The notes below the pieces were generated by a model. That model was given only the letters and a program-made list of their open reading frames with translations, was not told the origin of the DNA and searched no databases. From Azolla caroliniana (lineage: Eukaryota > Plantae > Polypodiophyta), in the NCBI GenBank assembly GCA_043228905.1, contig JBHGNT010000002.1, positions 4,526,001 to 4,590,000 on the forward strand: 64,000 nt of DNA. Direction: 5' to 3'. A program made the translations under genes and the position numbers. Positions 62,601-64,000 of the stretch are shown in pieces; positions within the stretch are counted from its first letter, which is position 1; each line of letters opens with the position of its first letter.

Positions 62601-64000
62601 CTGCATAATATTCCGCTTCCCTCATTAATTTACAGGGCTCTTGAGCCTACTGAAGACGATGTTAAGGTGGGAGTTAATAGGTGGTCCAAAAATTTATAAA
62701 GAAAATTTCGATTATACTTCAACAATTTCACTAATCTTGAGGTGATTGTTGACATTCAGATGGATGGGTCTCATTTGCCTCCCCATCTTTTATCAGTTTT
62801 GCCATTGAAAATCAATAAGGTATAAAACTTGGCTGTTTCTATTGATGAACTCTATTTCTATTGATTGATCTCTATGACAATACTTGTTTGATATGCTAGG
62901 CTTCAACTGCTAAAAAGGAAAAGAGAAAGGCTGATGTTGGTATCTTTAAAAAGGTACCCCAGTCAAAACGCAGCAAAATCTCTGGGTCATCACCAATTGA
63001 CAAAGAACAGATTGATAATATTCCTTCAAAGGTCCATTCATCAGAGAAAGGATCGGATCACAAGAAGGGGAATTATAATTCACACACACTGCCTACACCT
63101 TCAATAGAAAATGGCAAAAAGGTGGTGGACTCTCAGTTAGCAATGGCAATACCTACAAAACGTAAAAGAAGTCAACTTCACAAGGAGAATGGAGAGGGGT
63201 CGGCTCTGGATGGTAAACAAGTGAATGCAGATGAATCATTGATACAGTCTGAACATAAGCACAAAAAAATGAAGGTTGTTGAAGATGCGGAGGGAGGATC
63301 CACGTCAGAAGCGGATCATCTAGCTACCGCTGAAGTTGACTCCCAAATAGAAACTCCTGAAGCTGATATTTCTGCCAGGAATCCAATGCAAGTCTTAATT
63401 CAAGCATCAAAACCTCTTGAAGAACATGAGAATGAGCCTTCACCAGAAGATGATCAGGCGATCACAAGAGTAAAACGTGGAAAGCAGGTAGAGCTTATTT
63501 CTTACTGCACTGAGTTTCGAACAAAAATATTCTGATCTCTTTAGTGACTTGCCTCTTTCACATTCAGGCCACTAGTGTTTTGAAAGATGGAAAAGTAGTG
63601 GAATCATTGTTAAGCCCTCGTGGAACACCAAAGCAATCTACAAAGAAGGCAATGCCGTCAGAGAGTGAGGTCTATTTTTTTTCTCTGCATCTTTATTTGA
63701 TGAAATTGTTCTTCAAATTTTCGAATTGGTGGACCTTGCACACACTCATTTTTCATTTCCGGTGAAAGAGAAAGGGAATTTTTATTTCTTTTTGCACCGA
63801 GTTTCAAATGAAGATCTCGTCTATAATTTGCCTCTTTTATTAGCAGGCAACTGATGATTCCAAAGAGGGAATAAAAGTAGCGGAAGCATTGTCAAGCCCA
63901 CGCATAACACCCAAGCAATCTACAAAGAAGATAATGCCATCAGAGAGTGCGGTATATGCTTCTCATTCTTTTTTGCAAAATCATCACTTGTTTATTTGGT
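53630..64000 (+). CDS. PDS5: Sister-chromatid cohesion protein PDS5-like (HEAT/ARM repeats); 3' end beyond the window
   Basis: About 26 exons starting 53630-53746, 56041-56247, 56341-56522, 56663-56786, 57672-57926, 58009-58222, 58309-58499 and continuing to 62900-63487, 63568-63669, 63847-63951. Motifs: 'LLKHEDEDVQLLVAKCVSDIMRIAAPDAPFSDETLKEIF', 'RSCVVMLDLQCDDLILEMF', 'APNLLVPVIP', 'DQLDVRLRAV', 'KQAKYA', 'PEYLLFYLVH', 'YILCDIG'. Only the first seven and last two exon boundaries were checked in detail. Confidence 0.88.

Overview
Eukaryotic land-plant nuclear DNA with spliceosomal introns and a plastid-import gene. A seed-free plant such as a fern or lycophyte is a tentative inference. Four host genes: a C2/VASt/GRAM lipid-transfer protein (-, 15758-21404), the OST catalytic subunit STT3 (-, 23518-28792), TOC75 (+, 32130-37529) and a divergent PDS5-like cohesin regulator (+, 53630 to beyond the window end). 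Two transposon-rich blocks lie between them. Block 1-15 kb holds the 5' half of a Ty3/Gypsy element, a complete young Ty1/Copia (LTRs, PBS, PPT, 5-bp TSD) inserted into an older Copia relic, a second decayed Copia and L1 fragments. Block 38-53 kb holds a short retro-insertion with TSD, tRNA-like sequences, decayed Gypsy and L1 pieces, a non-autonomous hAT element containing a near full-length RTEX-like LINE, and a tandem-repeat element sharing that LINE's 3' tail. The most notable signal is that the LINE's ORF1 and ORF2 are in the same frame, separated only by UGA-CGG followed by a predicted stem-loop, which resembles a viral-type stop-codon readthrough signal. All calls are by eye from the sequence and ORF track; no database searches were run.
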